Positions 18,811 through 28,752 of a stretch of DNA of 64,000 bases are shown piece after piece. The notes below the pieces were generated by a model. It was given only the letters and a program-made list of their open reading frames with translations, made no database searches and was not told the origin of the DNA. The position numbers were made by a program, and so were the translations under genes. Position 1 is the first letter of the stretch. Each line of letters starts with the position of its first letter. Source of the stretch: Bacteroidota bacterium (GTDB lineage: Bacteria; Bacteroidota; Bacteroidia; Chitinophagales; Chitinophagaceae); NCBI GenBank assembly GCA_030706605.1, contig JAUZOE010000007.1, positions 8,729 to 72,728 on the forward strand, read 5' to 3'.

Positions 18811-20766
18811 TTAATGTTGAGCCCACCATAGTGGAGTCAGTATTTCATCAGTTCCGCCTAAATCAGTAACAGCCTGGTTGTAACCGGTTACATTGCTGTT
18901 TTTCAATCCGGAAGGATATTTCATGCGTTGAGGGAAAAACGCCACATTGCTGGTCATATAATTTGAAGAAGTTAACGTCGGCAATGTTTGTATCGGTCCT
19001 TCAAGCACTACATTTTCAAAGAAAGGCAATCCAAGCCTTCTGTGATCACTCCATGTTTCTAATGGCAGCCAAGGAGTCTGAGCTATGAATTTTTGAGTTA
19101 TAATTTTTGTTAGATGGTCATTTCTTACTGCACCATTTTCATACAAATTATTTACAGGATAGTTTATTGCAACTGTTCCTGGTGCCCCTGTCAAACCATC
19201 TACAAAATTCATCATGTGAGTATTTCCCGGCTCAGTAGTATTTGTCCAACTTACCGAGGTGCCATCCCTGTTATAATCTGTAGAAGCTAAATAAGTTCCC
19301 AAATAGCTAGAGGTTCCCCAGTATTCAAAGCTTTTAGCAATGCCAGTTTCATAGGCAGTTTGTGCATCTACCGGAGTAGTCCATCCCCTCACAGCTCCTT
19401 CAGCCAAAAGAAAATAAGTTTCCCATGGTCCAAAAAACACTCGTTTGGCGGTTTGTGTCCTGAATTGATTTTTCAAAGATGGAGCCATACTGGTAGTGCT
19501 TCCAATATCTTCTCCTTGAAAAAGTGTATTGTGCCAGTCGCCTTTGGTTCCCCAGTTGCCATCAGGTGTTGGGTTCCAGGTATATTTACCATCAATTGTT
19601 TTTATCACATTATTATTTACATCTTTTACATTGCCTGTTGTAGTAGCGGTAACATAACCTGCACTTGGAAATGAGGCATCCTTACTATTACCGGGCATAT
19701 AAAAAATCTCGTATGCACGTGGATCTATCGTATAGGGCAATCCGTCTAACCAATAACCTGAAAATGGATTGTTTGTTTTGGTAGTTAACTGAACAGGATA
19801 GTATTGGCCGGCATAGTCAGCGGGCTTAAGTCTAATCATTGCGGAGTCCTGCTCTGCCGGGTCGGAAATTACAGAAGGAATCTGCGCCTGTGATGTAACG
19901 CTTCCGAGGTTTACGACCAGGTTATTGAAGGTAACTGCTTCCGGTGCCTGGTACCAGGAACGGGAATACATTCCCGAAAGATCATCCCATCCTTTTTTTT
20001 CCTGTATCTGGAACGTTTGTGATTTATCTGTAAGTAAGCTACCTGTAGCAGCATCTTCAAATTCTGCCTGTGCTTTTGCAGGATCAACTTCTGATAAACG
20101 CATAGCTAACCTAAGCCGTAAAGAATTACCATATGCCTCCCATTTAGTAAAATCAAATGCATAAGCAGGATCTTCTTTTGAAACATCTGACGGAACTGAA
20201 GTGATTGAAAGATCCATTTTAGATGTGGCATCTTTCAACTCATCAAATAAATAATAGTAAACAGATTTTACATCATCAAATTCAGGGTTTTTACCCTGAA
20301 AAGCTGTAGTAGGCATGGGGCCGAAACAATCACTCATTTCGCTTATCAAATAAGCCCGCCAAATGCGTGCAACCTGCATCAGATTATTAGTGTACTCTTT
20401 TTGTGTTCCAGCAGTAATTTGCTGGTTGGCTACATCTATGGCACTATTGATTGTGTTTAAAGCCCCGGATTGATTATCGTAATATTCTCCAATCCATTCA
20501 TCGCTATAGCTACCCCATGAAAATGTGGCACCGTCAGCATCGCTGATCTGATGGCCTGCCGCTGCCCAGTAAAGTATAAACGCCCTTTCTGAAACTCCGG
20601 GATTCATTTGTGCATGAATAATGGAATTATCAATGAAATACTCTACCTGTACCTGGTCAGCACTGGCTGCCGTAGGATTCGTATTTATATCTGTAATTTT
20701 TTTGCAGGCAGAAAATAACAGGATAACTGTTATGTATAAGCCCGATTTTTTTATTATTTGTTTCAT
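18811..20766 (-). CDS. susD: SusD/RagB family glycan-binding lipoprotein
   Basis: Lipobox LFSAC, DINTNP, SDCFGPMP, W..YGNSLRLRLAMRLS, IITQKFIA, ETWSDHRRLG, LWW C-terminus; directly follows susC. Confidence 0.9.
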   Translation of the reverse strand: MKQIIKKSGLYITVILLFSACKKITDINTNPTAASADQVQVEYFIDNSIIHAQMNPGVSERAFILYWAAAGHQISDADGATFSWGSYSDEWIGEYYDNQSGALNTINSAIDVANQQITAGTQKEYTNNLMQVARIWRAYLISEMSDCFGPMPTTAFQGKNPEFDDVKSVYYYLFDELKDATSKMDLSITSVPSDVSKEDPAYAFDFTKWEAYGNSLRLRLAMRLSEVDPAKAQAEFEDAATGSLLTDKSQTFQIQEKKGWDDLSGMYSRSWYQAPEAVTFNNLVVNLGSVTSQAQIPSVISDPAEQDSAMIRLKPADYAGQYYPVQLTTKTNNPFSGYWLDGLPYTIDPRAYEIFYMPGNSKDASFPSAGYVTATTTGNVKDVNNNVIKTIDGKYTWNPTPDGNWGTKGDWHNTLFQGEDIGSTTSMAPSLKNQFRTQTAKRVFFGPWETYFLLAEGAVRGWTTPVDAQTAYETGIAKSFEYWGTSSYLGTYLASTDYNRDGTSVSWTNTTEPGNTHMMNFVDGLTGAPGTVAINYPVNNLYENGAVRNDHLTKIITQKFIAQTPWLPLETWSDHRRLGLPFFENVVLEGPIQTLPTLTSSNYMTSNVAFFPQRMKYPSGLKNSNVTGYNQAVTDLGGTDEILTPLWWAQH

Positions 20767-20791
20767 TTCTTTAAAATTTTATAGTGAATTA

Positions 20792-23700
20792 TTAGAACCC
20801 TAAAGATAAATTGACGTAAAATATACGAGATGTAGGCGGGCTTGCGTTTTCAAAACCTACAGAAGGTGTACCGGTTGCATAAACGGATTCAGGATCCAGC
20901 CCATGCATGTGGCTGCTGATTAGCCATACATTATTGCAGGATACGGATACGATCGCCTTTTGAATAAAAGAACCGTTTAACATCGTCTTAGGGAAATTGT
21001 AACTTAATTGAATATTTCTTATTCTCACATTGGAAGCATCATACAAATTGATTTCTGTGATTCCCGCATTTCCGGAACCTGCAGTGGCTCCCCAATATTG
21101 CTGCGTTGAAATTTTATTGGTGTTTGCTACATATTGATTGGTATTTGGGTCAACAAGCAATACTCCCTTCACTATCATCGAATCTCTTGAACCATTGTTT
21201 ACAGTAATAGCAGCAGTTCCGTTTCGTTCCATATTATCTAAAGTTTGAGAAAATATCTTTCCGCCAAATCTTGCATCAAGTTGTATTGAAAGCCCAAAAC
21301 CCTTATAAGAGAATGAATTGGTAAACCCTAATAATGCAGTTGCCTGCTGGTTTCCTAATCTGGATATATCAGTAGTGGCTTGAGGTAGCCCGTTAGCGGT
21401 TAGAATAAGCTGACCATAATTAGCATCTTTAGGGTCTGTAACTCTGAGTAACTTGGTACCATAAATCTCGCCATATGGTTGCCCTGCAACAGCCAAAATC
21501 TGGATATTATCAAAACCACCACCAGGTAACTGATACTTGTTTACATCAGGATAAATAGTTGGTACAGTAGTTTTATTGTGAGAGAAGTTAACACCGAGCG
21601 TCCAGTTTAAAGATTTCGGATTATCCAGGATTCGGGCATCAGCACTTACTTCTATACCTTTATTCTGAACATCACCAGCGTTAATTATCCTGCCACTGTA
21701 CCCGCTCAGCGGATCCATAGGAAGAGTAATTAATTGCCTGGTTGAATTCGATTTATATAAACTTACATCTATGCCAACCTTGTTTTGAAAAAAACGTAAT
21801 TCAGCGCCTGCTTCATATGATTTAATCAACTGACTTTTTACACTATCGTTATACAGAGTACCGTTTCTTCCTGCAGTGGTATTGCCGTTAGGATCTGTAC
21901 CGATATAATATGTATTATAAAGATTATAGGGATCCAGATCACTTCCTGCAGCAGCATAAGATGCTCTAAGTTTTCCATAACTAAGCCAGGAAGGAAGCCT
22001 TCCGCCCATTTGATCAATCATATCTGTAAACACATAAGAAAGACTTACTGAAGGATAGAAATAAGAATTATTTCGTGGGCTTAATGCAGATGACCAGTCA
22101 TTACGTAAAGTACTGTTCAAAAACAAATAACCATCATAATTTAATTCTACGGATCCATAAAGTGAATTGATTTTCTTTTCGCTAAATGCCTGTGAAACAC
22201 TAGGATTGCCAGCAGAATTATTCACAGAAAACAAGTTCGGAACCTTTAAAGTTCCGGCGCTGCCATTGAGTTGGGAAGATTTCCACTCCATCAAATTTCC
22301 ACCCACCATAACAGAACCTCCCAATTTTCCAAACAGGTTATCTTTTTTTGCAGTTAACAATCCGCTATAATTAGTTTGCTGATATGTTTGCCTTCCTAAA
22401 CCATAACTGCCCGTAGTACTGCTTGGACTTCCTGCATATAATTTCGTTTCTGTGCTTGTAGTATACATATCTGCACCCGCGGTTACTTGCCCCATAAGCC
22501 ACTTCGTAAAATTATGTTTAGCAGAAGCATACATAATAAAACGGTTACGGGTATCTGAATTTAGGTTGTATTTTGCTGTCCAGTAAGGATTTGCACCACT
22601 TCCCTTTTGCCACCAAAACATATTTCCGCTGGCATCTAATGGATTTTCAAAATTGCGAATATCCAGTGTTCGCGGTAAATTATTTATGGTACCAAAAATA
22701 CTATAGTCTTGCCCTTCAATGGATCTGTTATTTGCTGTAGCATCTATAAACTGAACTTTAGTATCCAATGTCCAGTTTTCATTATTGCCAAATTTAGTTA
22801 CTGCCCTGGCAGTAAGGTTATTGCGTGAAAGCTTTTGTCCCGGTATCATGCTTTTATCATCAAAGCGATTGTAAGAAGCATAAACAGAAGTTGAATTTAC
22901 TTGCTGCTGAAATGAAATGTTTTGATTAGAAATAACCCCATTGCGAAAGAAATTGGCAACATTATCATAAGGCTGAAGTTTTACCTGCTTACCTGACCAA
23001 TCTGTTACTGTTTGCCCATTTATTTTTGGTCCCCAACTGGCGGTAGAAACAGAATCGTAAACACCATTGCTTCCTTGTGCATATGAATTTTGCATATCCG
23101 GACTGGTAAAAATGCTTTCAAATCCTACAGATGATGAAAGGGTAATTCCTAAACCGGGTTGCTTTTTACCAGTTTTTGTAGTAATTAAAATAACCCCATT
23201 GCCACCGAGAGAACCATATAAAGCAGCTGCAGCCGGACCTTTCAACACACTAATGGAAGCAATATCATCGGGATTAATATCGCTCAAACCATTACCCATA
23301 TCAAGCGATGTATTATAAAAGCCATTGGAAGCGCCAATGCCCACGCGTCCTGTAGAATTATCCATCGGAATTCCATCTACTACAATAAGAGGTTGCGAAA
23401 GTCCGGTTAAAGAATTATTTCCACGCAATAAAATTTGAGAAGAACCTCCGGGTCCATTACCTGCACGCACAACCTGCAAACCTGCCACCTTTCCGGTAAG
23501 ATCGTTCACAAGATTGGTTTCTCTGGACTCCACAAGTGTTTGTCCTTTTACTTCCTGTATAGCGTACCCCAAAGATTTCTTTTGCCTTTGAATACCCAAA
23601 GCGGTTACTACTATTTCATTCATGCTGTTTACTGAGGGTTCCAATATTACATCCAGAACAGTATTTTGGCCAACCTGAATTTCCTTTGGGCTAAAACCCA

Positions 23701-23929
23701 CTGAGGTAATTTGCAAATCATTCGTAGATTCAGCTTCTATGCTAAACTTTCCTGTTCCATCAGAAGCTACTCCGTTTTTTGTTCCCATAACTTTAATCGT
23801 TGCCCCCGGAATGGGGTTACCGCTATTGTCTTTAACAGAGCCGGTAATCTTTCTTGCCTGTGAATAAGCAAGAGTACTCAACATGCCGAAGAATAAGCAC
23901 AAGAGTAATCGAATTGTCTTTCTTTTCAT
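20792..23929 (-). CDS. susC: SusC/RagA TonB-dependent outer-membrane transporter
   Basis: ITGSVKD..G.PIPGATI N-domain, EIVVTALGI, PLIVVDGIP, DINPDDIASISVLKGPAAAALYG..GGNGVILITTK plug; C-terminal Phe. Confidence 0.95.
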   Translation of the reverse strand: MKRKTIRLLLCLFFGMLSTLAYSQARKITGSVKDNSGNPIPGATIKVMGTKNGVASDGTGKFSIEAESTNDLQITSVGFSPKEIQVGQNTVLDVILEPSVNSMNEIVVTALGIQRQKKSLGYAIQEVKGQTLVESRETNLVNDLTGKVAGLQVVRAGNGPGGSSQILLRGNNSLTGLSQPLIVVDGIPMDNSTGRVGIGASNGFYNTSLDMGNGLSDINPDDIASISVLKGPAAAALYGSLGGNGVILITTKTGKKQPGLGITLSSSVGFESIFTSPDMQNSYAQGSNGVYDSVSTASWGPKINGQTVTDWSGKQVKLQPYDNVANFFRNGVISNQNISFQQQVNSTSVYASYNRFDDKSMIPGQKLSRNNLTARAVTKFGNNENWTLDTKVQFIDATANNRSIEGQDYSIFGTINNLPRTLDIRNFENPLDASGNMFWWQKGSGANPYWTAKYNLNSDTRNRFIMYASAKHNFTKWLMGQVTAGADMYTTSTETKLYAGSPSSTTGSYGLGRQTYQQTNYSGLLTAKKDNLFGKLGGSVMVGGNLMEWKSSQLNGSAGTLKVPNLFSVNNSAGNPSVSQAFSEKKINSLYGSVELNYDGYLFLNSTLRNDWSSALSPRNNSYFYPSVSLSYVFTDMIDQMGGRLPSWLSYGKLRASYAAAGSDLDPYNLYNTYYIGTDPNGNTTAGRNGTLYNDSVKSQLIKSYEAGAELRFFQNKVGIDVSLYKSNSTRQLITLPMDPLSGYSGRIINAGDVQNKGIEVSADARILDNPKSLNWTLGVNFSHNKTTVPTIYPDVNKYQLPGGGFDNIQILAVAGQPYGEIYGTKLLRVTDPKDANYGQLILTANGLPQATTDISRLGNQQATALLGFTNSFSYKGFGLSIQLDARFGGKIFSQTLDNMERNGTAAITVNNGSRDSMIVKGVLLVDPNTNQYVANTNKISTQQYWGATAGSGNAGITEINLYDASNVRIRNIQLSYNFPKTMLNGSFIQKAIVSVSCNNVWLISSHMHGLDPESVYATGTPSVGFENASPPTSRIFYVNLSLGF

Positions 23930-24077
23930 GATAGTTGTTTTGATTTGAAATTTGATATATAACCCTTAAAGATTTTGTACGGTATCGGTTATTTTGGTAC
24001 GTGTTAGTTCTAATTATTTTATCAGGACAGTATATTTGAAAAAAGCTGCTTCGGAAAATTTATTAAAAACAATATGT

Positions 24078-25286
24078 TTATTTTACTGCTAAAAGTTTTT
24101 TGATAAAAGGTTTCCGTTCATAATTTTCCATTACAAGTGCTGCAGCCCCGATCAATTCAGCGTCCATACCCAAAGTTGATATTTCAATATCTGTGCTTTG
24201 ATAAAGCCTGGGAATACAATGCTCACTTAATGCCTGTTGAATTGGTGCCAACCAAATTTGCCCAGCAGACGCCCCTCTGCCACTAAGGATTATCTTTTTA
24301 GGATTAAACAGATGAATCAAAATTGCAATACCCTTCCCGATATTATACCCGGCTTTTGAAAAAAGCTCTGCTGCAAACTGATCGCCTTCCTTAACTGCTT
24401 TTATAATACCATTATAAGCCAGTTCAAGATTTTCGAAGGGTAATGATTTCATTCTTGATAATCTTCCCGACTTAATTCCCTCTCTTGCCTGTTCTATAAT
24501 TAGTAACAGGGAGGTTTCTGTTTCTAGGCAACCTACCTTTCCGCACCAACATAATTTCCCATTTAAAAAAAGTGGAATATGGCTAAATTCTCCTGCAAAG
24601 CCTTCATGCCCCCTGAATAATTCTCCATTAAGAATCATTCCAAGGCCGATTCCCCATCCTATGTTTACTACCATTGCGTCTTTTTCACCCTTTGCACAAC
24701 CAAAATAATACTCAGCCAACGCAGTAAGGCTTGAATCATTATCTATGAAAACCGGCAATCCTGTTTTTTCTGCAATATATTTTGTGATGCTTTTGTTATC
24801 CGGTAATTGTAAATATGAATAATTAATGCCCTTTTTTACATCTACAAAACCCGGCATTCCGATTCCCACTCCAACAAATTTTTCTTTTGGTATGCCTGAT
24901 AAATCAATTACTTCTGCAATTTTTTTCTGCAGCACCTCAATTGCCTGAGCATTATCCGGCAATGGCAAAACAAATTTTTCAATTGGTGATACAAATTTGT
25001 TTTGCATATCCATGATAGCAATTTTGGTCACAAACTGATCCATAGCAACCGAAACCACATACATCTTATCTGTTCGAATTGAGTAGGTTAATGGCCTTCT
25101 TCCTCCCGTGGAAGGAGCATACCCGGTTTCTATAACTAAATTTTCAGCTACCAATTCTTCTATTAAGTTTGAAGTTATAGGAAAACTCTTGTGTATCTTG
25201 CCGCTCAAGTCTACACAAGACAGGTTATCATTAAAATATAACTCTTTCAAAATTTTATTTTTAAACAATAGCTTCTTTTCAGTCAT
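24078..25286 (-). CDS. ROK family transcriptional regulator (XylR/NagC-like)
   Basis: N-terminal HTH with STGGRRP, GVGIGMPG, IDND, GIGLGMILNG, GFAGEFSH, C.CGK.GCLET. Confidence 0.9.
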   Translation of the reverse strand: MTEKKLLFKNKILKELYFNDNLSCVDLSGKIHKSFPITSNLIEELVAENLVIETGYAPSTGGRRPLTYSIRTDKMYVVSVAMDQFVTKIAIMDMQNKFVSPIEKFVLPLPDNAQAIEVLQKKIAEVIDLSGIPKEKFVGVGIGMPGFVDVKKGINYSYLQLPDNKSITKYIAEKTGLPVFIDNDSSLTALAEYYFGCAKGEKDAMVVNIGWGIGLGMILNGELFRGHEGFAGEFSHIPLFLNGKLCWCGKVGCLETETSLLLIIEQAREGIKSGRLSRMKSLPFENLELAYNGIIKAVKEGDQFAAELFSKAGYNIGKGIAILIHLFNPKKIILSGRGASAGQIWLAPIQQALSEHCIPRLYQSTDIEISTLGMDAELIGAAALVMENYERKPFIKKLLAVK

Positions 25287-25642
25287 ATATTCATGATATT
25301 ATGCAATTCCTTCTTCTTAAATTAATGTTACCTTTCTATTAAATAAAAGTTAAAGGTAGGAGAACTTTTTAAATAATTAAATAAGTATCTTCTAATTTTT
25401 AAATTTTTATTTTAATAATGTATACATTATTTAGTTTCCATTTGATGTCACCATCATTATTGGGAACTATTTGAATTTATTTGGGGATAAAAAGGAGAAT
25501 ATTTTAAATTATTGGCCAGGAAAGGAGATTATTTTAAAACATGGTTGTGCCGGGAGTTTACATTTTTGCATGAAACAGCAAATACAGGAACAGCGGAAAT
25601 TAATATTCTGGTCTTTGAAATTATCCGATGGTGAGCTAATTA

Positions 25643-25930
25643 TTAATTTAATACTCCCTGGCCACGGCAAAATTGCAGTGGCTTATCCAGCTTCAATTTA
25701 AACACGGTCATATAGGGATCCTCATTTTGAGTGGGTACATTTATAAAGATTAATCCAGGCACCGGACTCCATGAAATCTTACCGACTATTTTTGGCTTTA
25801 GGTGTTGAGAAGTTCCTAGTGCCTTTATATCCTTGATGGTATTCATTAATCCTTTAAGCATCAAATTTCCCGGAGTTTGGCCAGAAAAAAAATACAACAA
25901 TCCGCGCTATCTTGAAACGATGCATTTTAT
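25643..25930 (-). pseudogene. C-terminal remnant of a second GH29-type alpha-L-fucosidase
   Basis: LYFFSGQTPGNLMLKGL.N.I...KIVGKISWSPVPGLIFINVP..DPYMTVFKLKLDKPL..RGQG resembles the C-terminus of Bacteroidota fucosidases (recalled, not searched). No start or catalytic domain. Confidence 0.6.
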
Positions 25931-26057
25931 AAATTATCAATTCGACACCAGCTACTACCACCAGATTTAATTTATTGGATTTACACTTCTGATTCAACCT
26001 CCCAGCCCAGGAATTATCAAATTTCAGCAAAAAATGTTTAGAAATTACTTGGAAATG

Positions 26058-26094
26058 AAAAAGGGTTCCGAACTTAAATAGCCTGAAACCCTTT
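26058..26094 (-). terminator. probable intrinsic terminator after tRNA-Val
   Basis: Minus strand AAAGGGTT...AACCCTTTTT hairpin with a U-tract, starting about 10 nt after the tRNA 3' end. Confidence 0.6.
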
Positions 26095-26103
26095 GCTGTA
26101 CTG

Positions 26104-26178
26104 TGGGAGCACACGGGTTCGAACCGCGGACCCTCTGCTTGTAAGGCAGATGCTCTAAACCAACTGAGCTATGCTCCC
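26104..26178 (-). tRNA. tRNA-Val (anticodon TAC)
   Basis: GGGAGCATAGCTCAGTTGGTTTAGAGCATCTGCC-TTACAA-GCAGAGGGTCCGCGGTTCGAACCCGTGTGCTCCCA: cloverleaf with GGTTCGAA T-loop; CCA not encoded. Confidence 0.97.
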
Positions 26179-26194
26179 TTTTATTTTGGGATTG

Positions 26195-26202
26195 CAAATA
26201 TA
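26195..26202 (-). promoter_or_regulatory. Bacteroidota housekeeping -7 element for tRNA-Val
   Basis: TATATTTG matches TAnnTTTG, 16 nt upstream of the tRNA 5' end. Confidence 0.65.
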
Positions 26203-26368
26203 AGAGAGTAAGGTTATCCAAAAAAATTTTATATTTAATTCTAACACAAAAATTATTACAGCCCAAAATTCTGGTCTTTACTTTAAATAATATGATCATA
26301 ATCCGGATTCCCCAGATAATATCTCTTTCGTTAATACCAAGAACTCAACTTTTGCGTCGATACAACAA

Positions 26369-28006
26369 TTAATTATAACTATTTCTCGGCCAAAACTTAA
26401 CCGGCTCACCTGTATCATCTTTATATTCTTTCCTGAGATTTTTTAACTGGGTTAAAAGATCCTGAAGCACCTCTTCATAACCGGGCTTTACCTCCATTCC
26501 TTCCTCTACAAAAAGATTGTCCATTTCATCGGGGTCTTTTTGCAAATCAAAAAGTTCCCATTCATTTATGGTGTAATAATATATCAGCTTGTATCTTTCC
26601 GTACGGATTCCATAACACGGCATTGCCCAATGTGGTGGTGCAAATTCATAATAATGATAATACATGGATTTACGCCAGTCGGCCGGTACACTTCCCTTAA
26701 ACAGGGGTACAAGGCTTTTGCCTTGCATATCAGCAGGTATTTTCACATGAGCCATATCCAGAATTGTAGGAGCATTATCAATATTCACCACCCAGGCATC
26801 ACTAACACTGCCAGGTTTTATGACTCCGGGATATCGTATCATCCAGGGAACTTTAAGGGCTTCTTCATACATAAAACGCTTATCAAACCAACCATGTTCA
26901 CCCAGGAAAAATCCATGATCTCCCGTAAATACTACTATGGTATTCTTCGCCAATCCGGATTTATCCAGGTAATCCAATAGCCGCCCCACATTGTCATCCT
27001 GGGCTTTTAATGTAGCCAGGAAGTGCCTCATCAATTGCTGGTAGCTCCATTCTCTTCGCTGACGCGGAGTAAGATCTTTAGGAGGGTTAAAGTCCATCAT
27101 ATCCTGTATCCGTTGATGTGCTTCTCTCGCTGCGGCTGACCTGGTTTTATAATCATCCCAAAAAGTTGCGGGCTCGGGGAAATGTACACTATCATAAATA
27201 TGCTCATATTTATGTGGTGGATTAAAAGGACGGTGATCATTGAAAAATTGTATCGCCATCAGAAATGGGCCATCTTTCATTTCTTTTATCCCTTTTATAG
27301 CCAGGTCTGTCATGTTATCTGTTATATAGCCGGGATAACTTTTTTCAATAATCTCTTTGCTTCCTAAGCTAGGATTTTGAAAATAACCATTCGCGTTATA
27401 ATAAGGCCCCCCTGCGCCATTCTTGAAAACAAAATAATCAAATCCGGCTGTTCCCGGATTGGAGGGAGTTCCATCTTTATTTTCCAAATGCCATTTACCT
27501 ACAATGCCGGTTTTGTATCCGCTTTGCTGCAATATTTTAGCAAAAGTTTCCTGGGTAGCATCAAAACTACTTCTTGTCATTCCACCTGTAGTTCCACCCG
27601 GATTAGATACCATTCCGTTAAGATGGCTATACTTTCCTGTCAGCAAGGTGGCTCTGCTGGGAGCGCAAAGTGCATTGGTACAAAAAGAATTTCGAAATAA
27701 CATTCCTTCTTTTGCAATTCGATCTATATTGGGTGTTTGAATCAAAGTGCCGCCATAGCAGCTTAAAACTTTTAAAGGAAGCCCTTCGGTGGTAATCCAA
27801 ATGATGTTAGGTTTTTCGTTTGGCTTCTCAGGAGTATTACTATTTGAATAAGCTTTTGTTTCTTTGACAAAGGATTTTTGAGTCCAGCCGTTTTGAATTA
27901 TAAATGTAGCAATAAGAACTCCCAGGGACAAAACACTTACCCTTTTTATTATTTTTCTCCTAAAAATTGATTTTTGCTTTTTATCCATAATTACTTGTTT
28001 TTTCAA
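26369..28006 (-). CDS. Cys-type (formylglycine) S1 sulfatase
   Basis: CAPSRATLLTG signature, GKWH, GDHGFFLGEHG.FDKRFMYEE, C-terminal YGIRTERYKLIYY..WELFDL.KDP.E. Confidence 0.9.
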   Translation of the reverse strand: MKKQVIMDKKQKSIFRRKIIKRVSVLSLGVLIATFIIQNGWTQKSFVKETKAYSNSNTPEKPNEKPNIIWITTEGLPLKVLSCYGGTLIQTPNIDRIAKEGMLFRNSFCTNALCAPSRATLLTGKYSHLNGMVSNPGGTTGGMTRSSFDATQETFAKILQQSGYKTGIVGKWHLENKDGTPSNPGTAGFDYFVFKNGAGGPYYNANGYFQNPSLGSKEIIEKSYPGYITDNMTDLAIKGIKEMKDGPFLMAIQFFNDHRPFNPPHKYEHIYDSVHFPEPATFWDDYKTRSAAAREAHQRIQDMMDFNPPKDLTPRQRREWSYQQLMRHFLATLKAQDDNVGRLLDYLDKSGLAKNTIVVFTGDHGFFLGEHGWFDKRFMYEEALKVPWMIRYPGVIKPGSVSDAWVVNIDNAPTILDMAHVKIPADMQGKSLVPLFKGSVPADWRKSMYYHYYEFAPPHWAMPCYGIRTERYKLIYYYTINEWELFDLQKDPDEMDNLFVEEGMEVKPGYEEVLQDLLTQLKNLRKEYKDDTGEPVKFWPRNSYN

Positions 28007-28069
28007 TTTAGTAAAGAATAATATTAATACAAAAATTCATTTCACCCCACCTTTAGAGAATATCAAAAT

Positions 28070-28699
28070 TCATTCCTTTCCCTTATGTCTTTTCTCTAAC
28101 ACCTCAATTACATCATCAAGGGTTTTATTTTTTGCCTGCAACAAAATAAGGTAGTGAAACAATAAATCTGCCGCTTCATTTATAAATAATTTTTGATTAT
28201 TATCTTTGGCTTCTATAACCAATTCTACAGCCTCCTCTCCTACTTTTTGTGCCATTTTATTGATGCCGCTTTTAAATAACGTAGAAGTATAAGAACCCGA
28301 AACAGGGCGTTTTTTTCTGCCTTCAATAATTTTTTCGAGTGCCCGCAGGAAATCCTCAGAAGTGTTTTCCTCATTAAAACAGGTCTCAGCACCAGTATGG
28401 CAAACATTTCCGTCCGGCTTTGCAGTTATCAATAATGTATCAGAATCACAATCCGATTTTATATCTACAACATGTAAATAATGCTTACTGGTTTCACCTT
28501 TCACCCATAAACGATTTTTACTCCGGCTAAAAAAAGTCACTAATCCTGAATCTATTGTATCCAGCAAAGCATCCCTGTTCATGTAGCCAAGCATCAAAAC
28601 AACATTGGTTGATGAATCCTGGATAATAGCAGGAACCGTCTGTGATGATGATTTTGAAAAATCAATTCTTTTTACTAATTCTGAATAATCTTTTTTCAT
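28070..28699 (-). CDS. hisIE: bifunctional phosphoribosyl-AMP cyclohydrolase / phosphoribosyl-ATP pyrophosphatase
   Basis: FFSRSKNRLWVKGETS, DCDSDTLL, CHTG..TCF, KVGEEAVE, EAADLLFH. Confidence 0.95.
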   Translation of the reverse strand: MKKDYSELVKRIDFSKSSSQTVPAIIQDSSTNVVLMLGYMNRDALLDTIDSGLVTFFSRSKNRLWVKGETSKHYLHVVDIKSDCDSDTLLITAKPDGNVCHTGAETCFNEENTSEDFLRALEKIIEGRKKRPVSGSYTSTLFKSGINKMAQKVGEEAVELVIEAKDNNQKLFINEAADLLFHYLILLQAKNKTLDDVIEVLEKRHKGKE

Positions 28700-28752
28700 G
28701 AGTGAATTTTAATATTAAGCAGGGACTAATCCTCCGCTAAAAGTGGCTGATT

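Noticed and set aside
25471-25701. 76-aa plus-strand ORF upstream of the ROK gene
   Set aside because: No ATG start and no recognisable family; overlaps the fucosidase remnant. It could be a decayed fragment, but I cannot support that
26045-26299. 84-aa ORF spanning the tRNA
   Set aside because: Translation of tRNA-Val and its flanks
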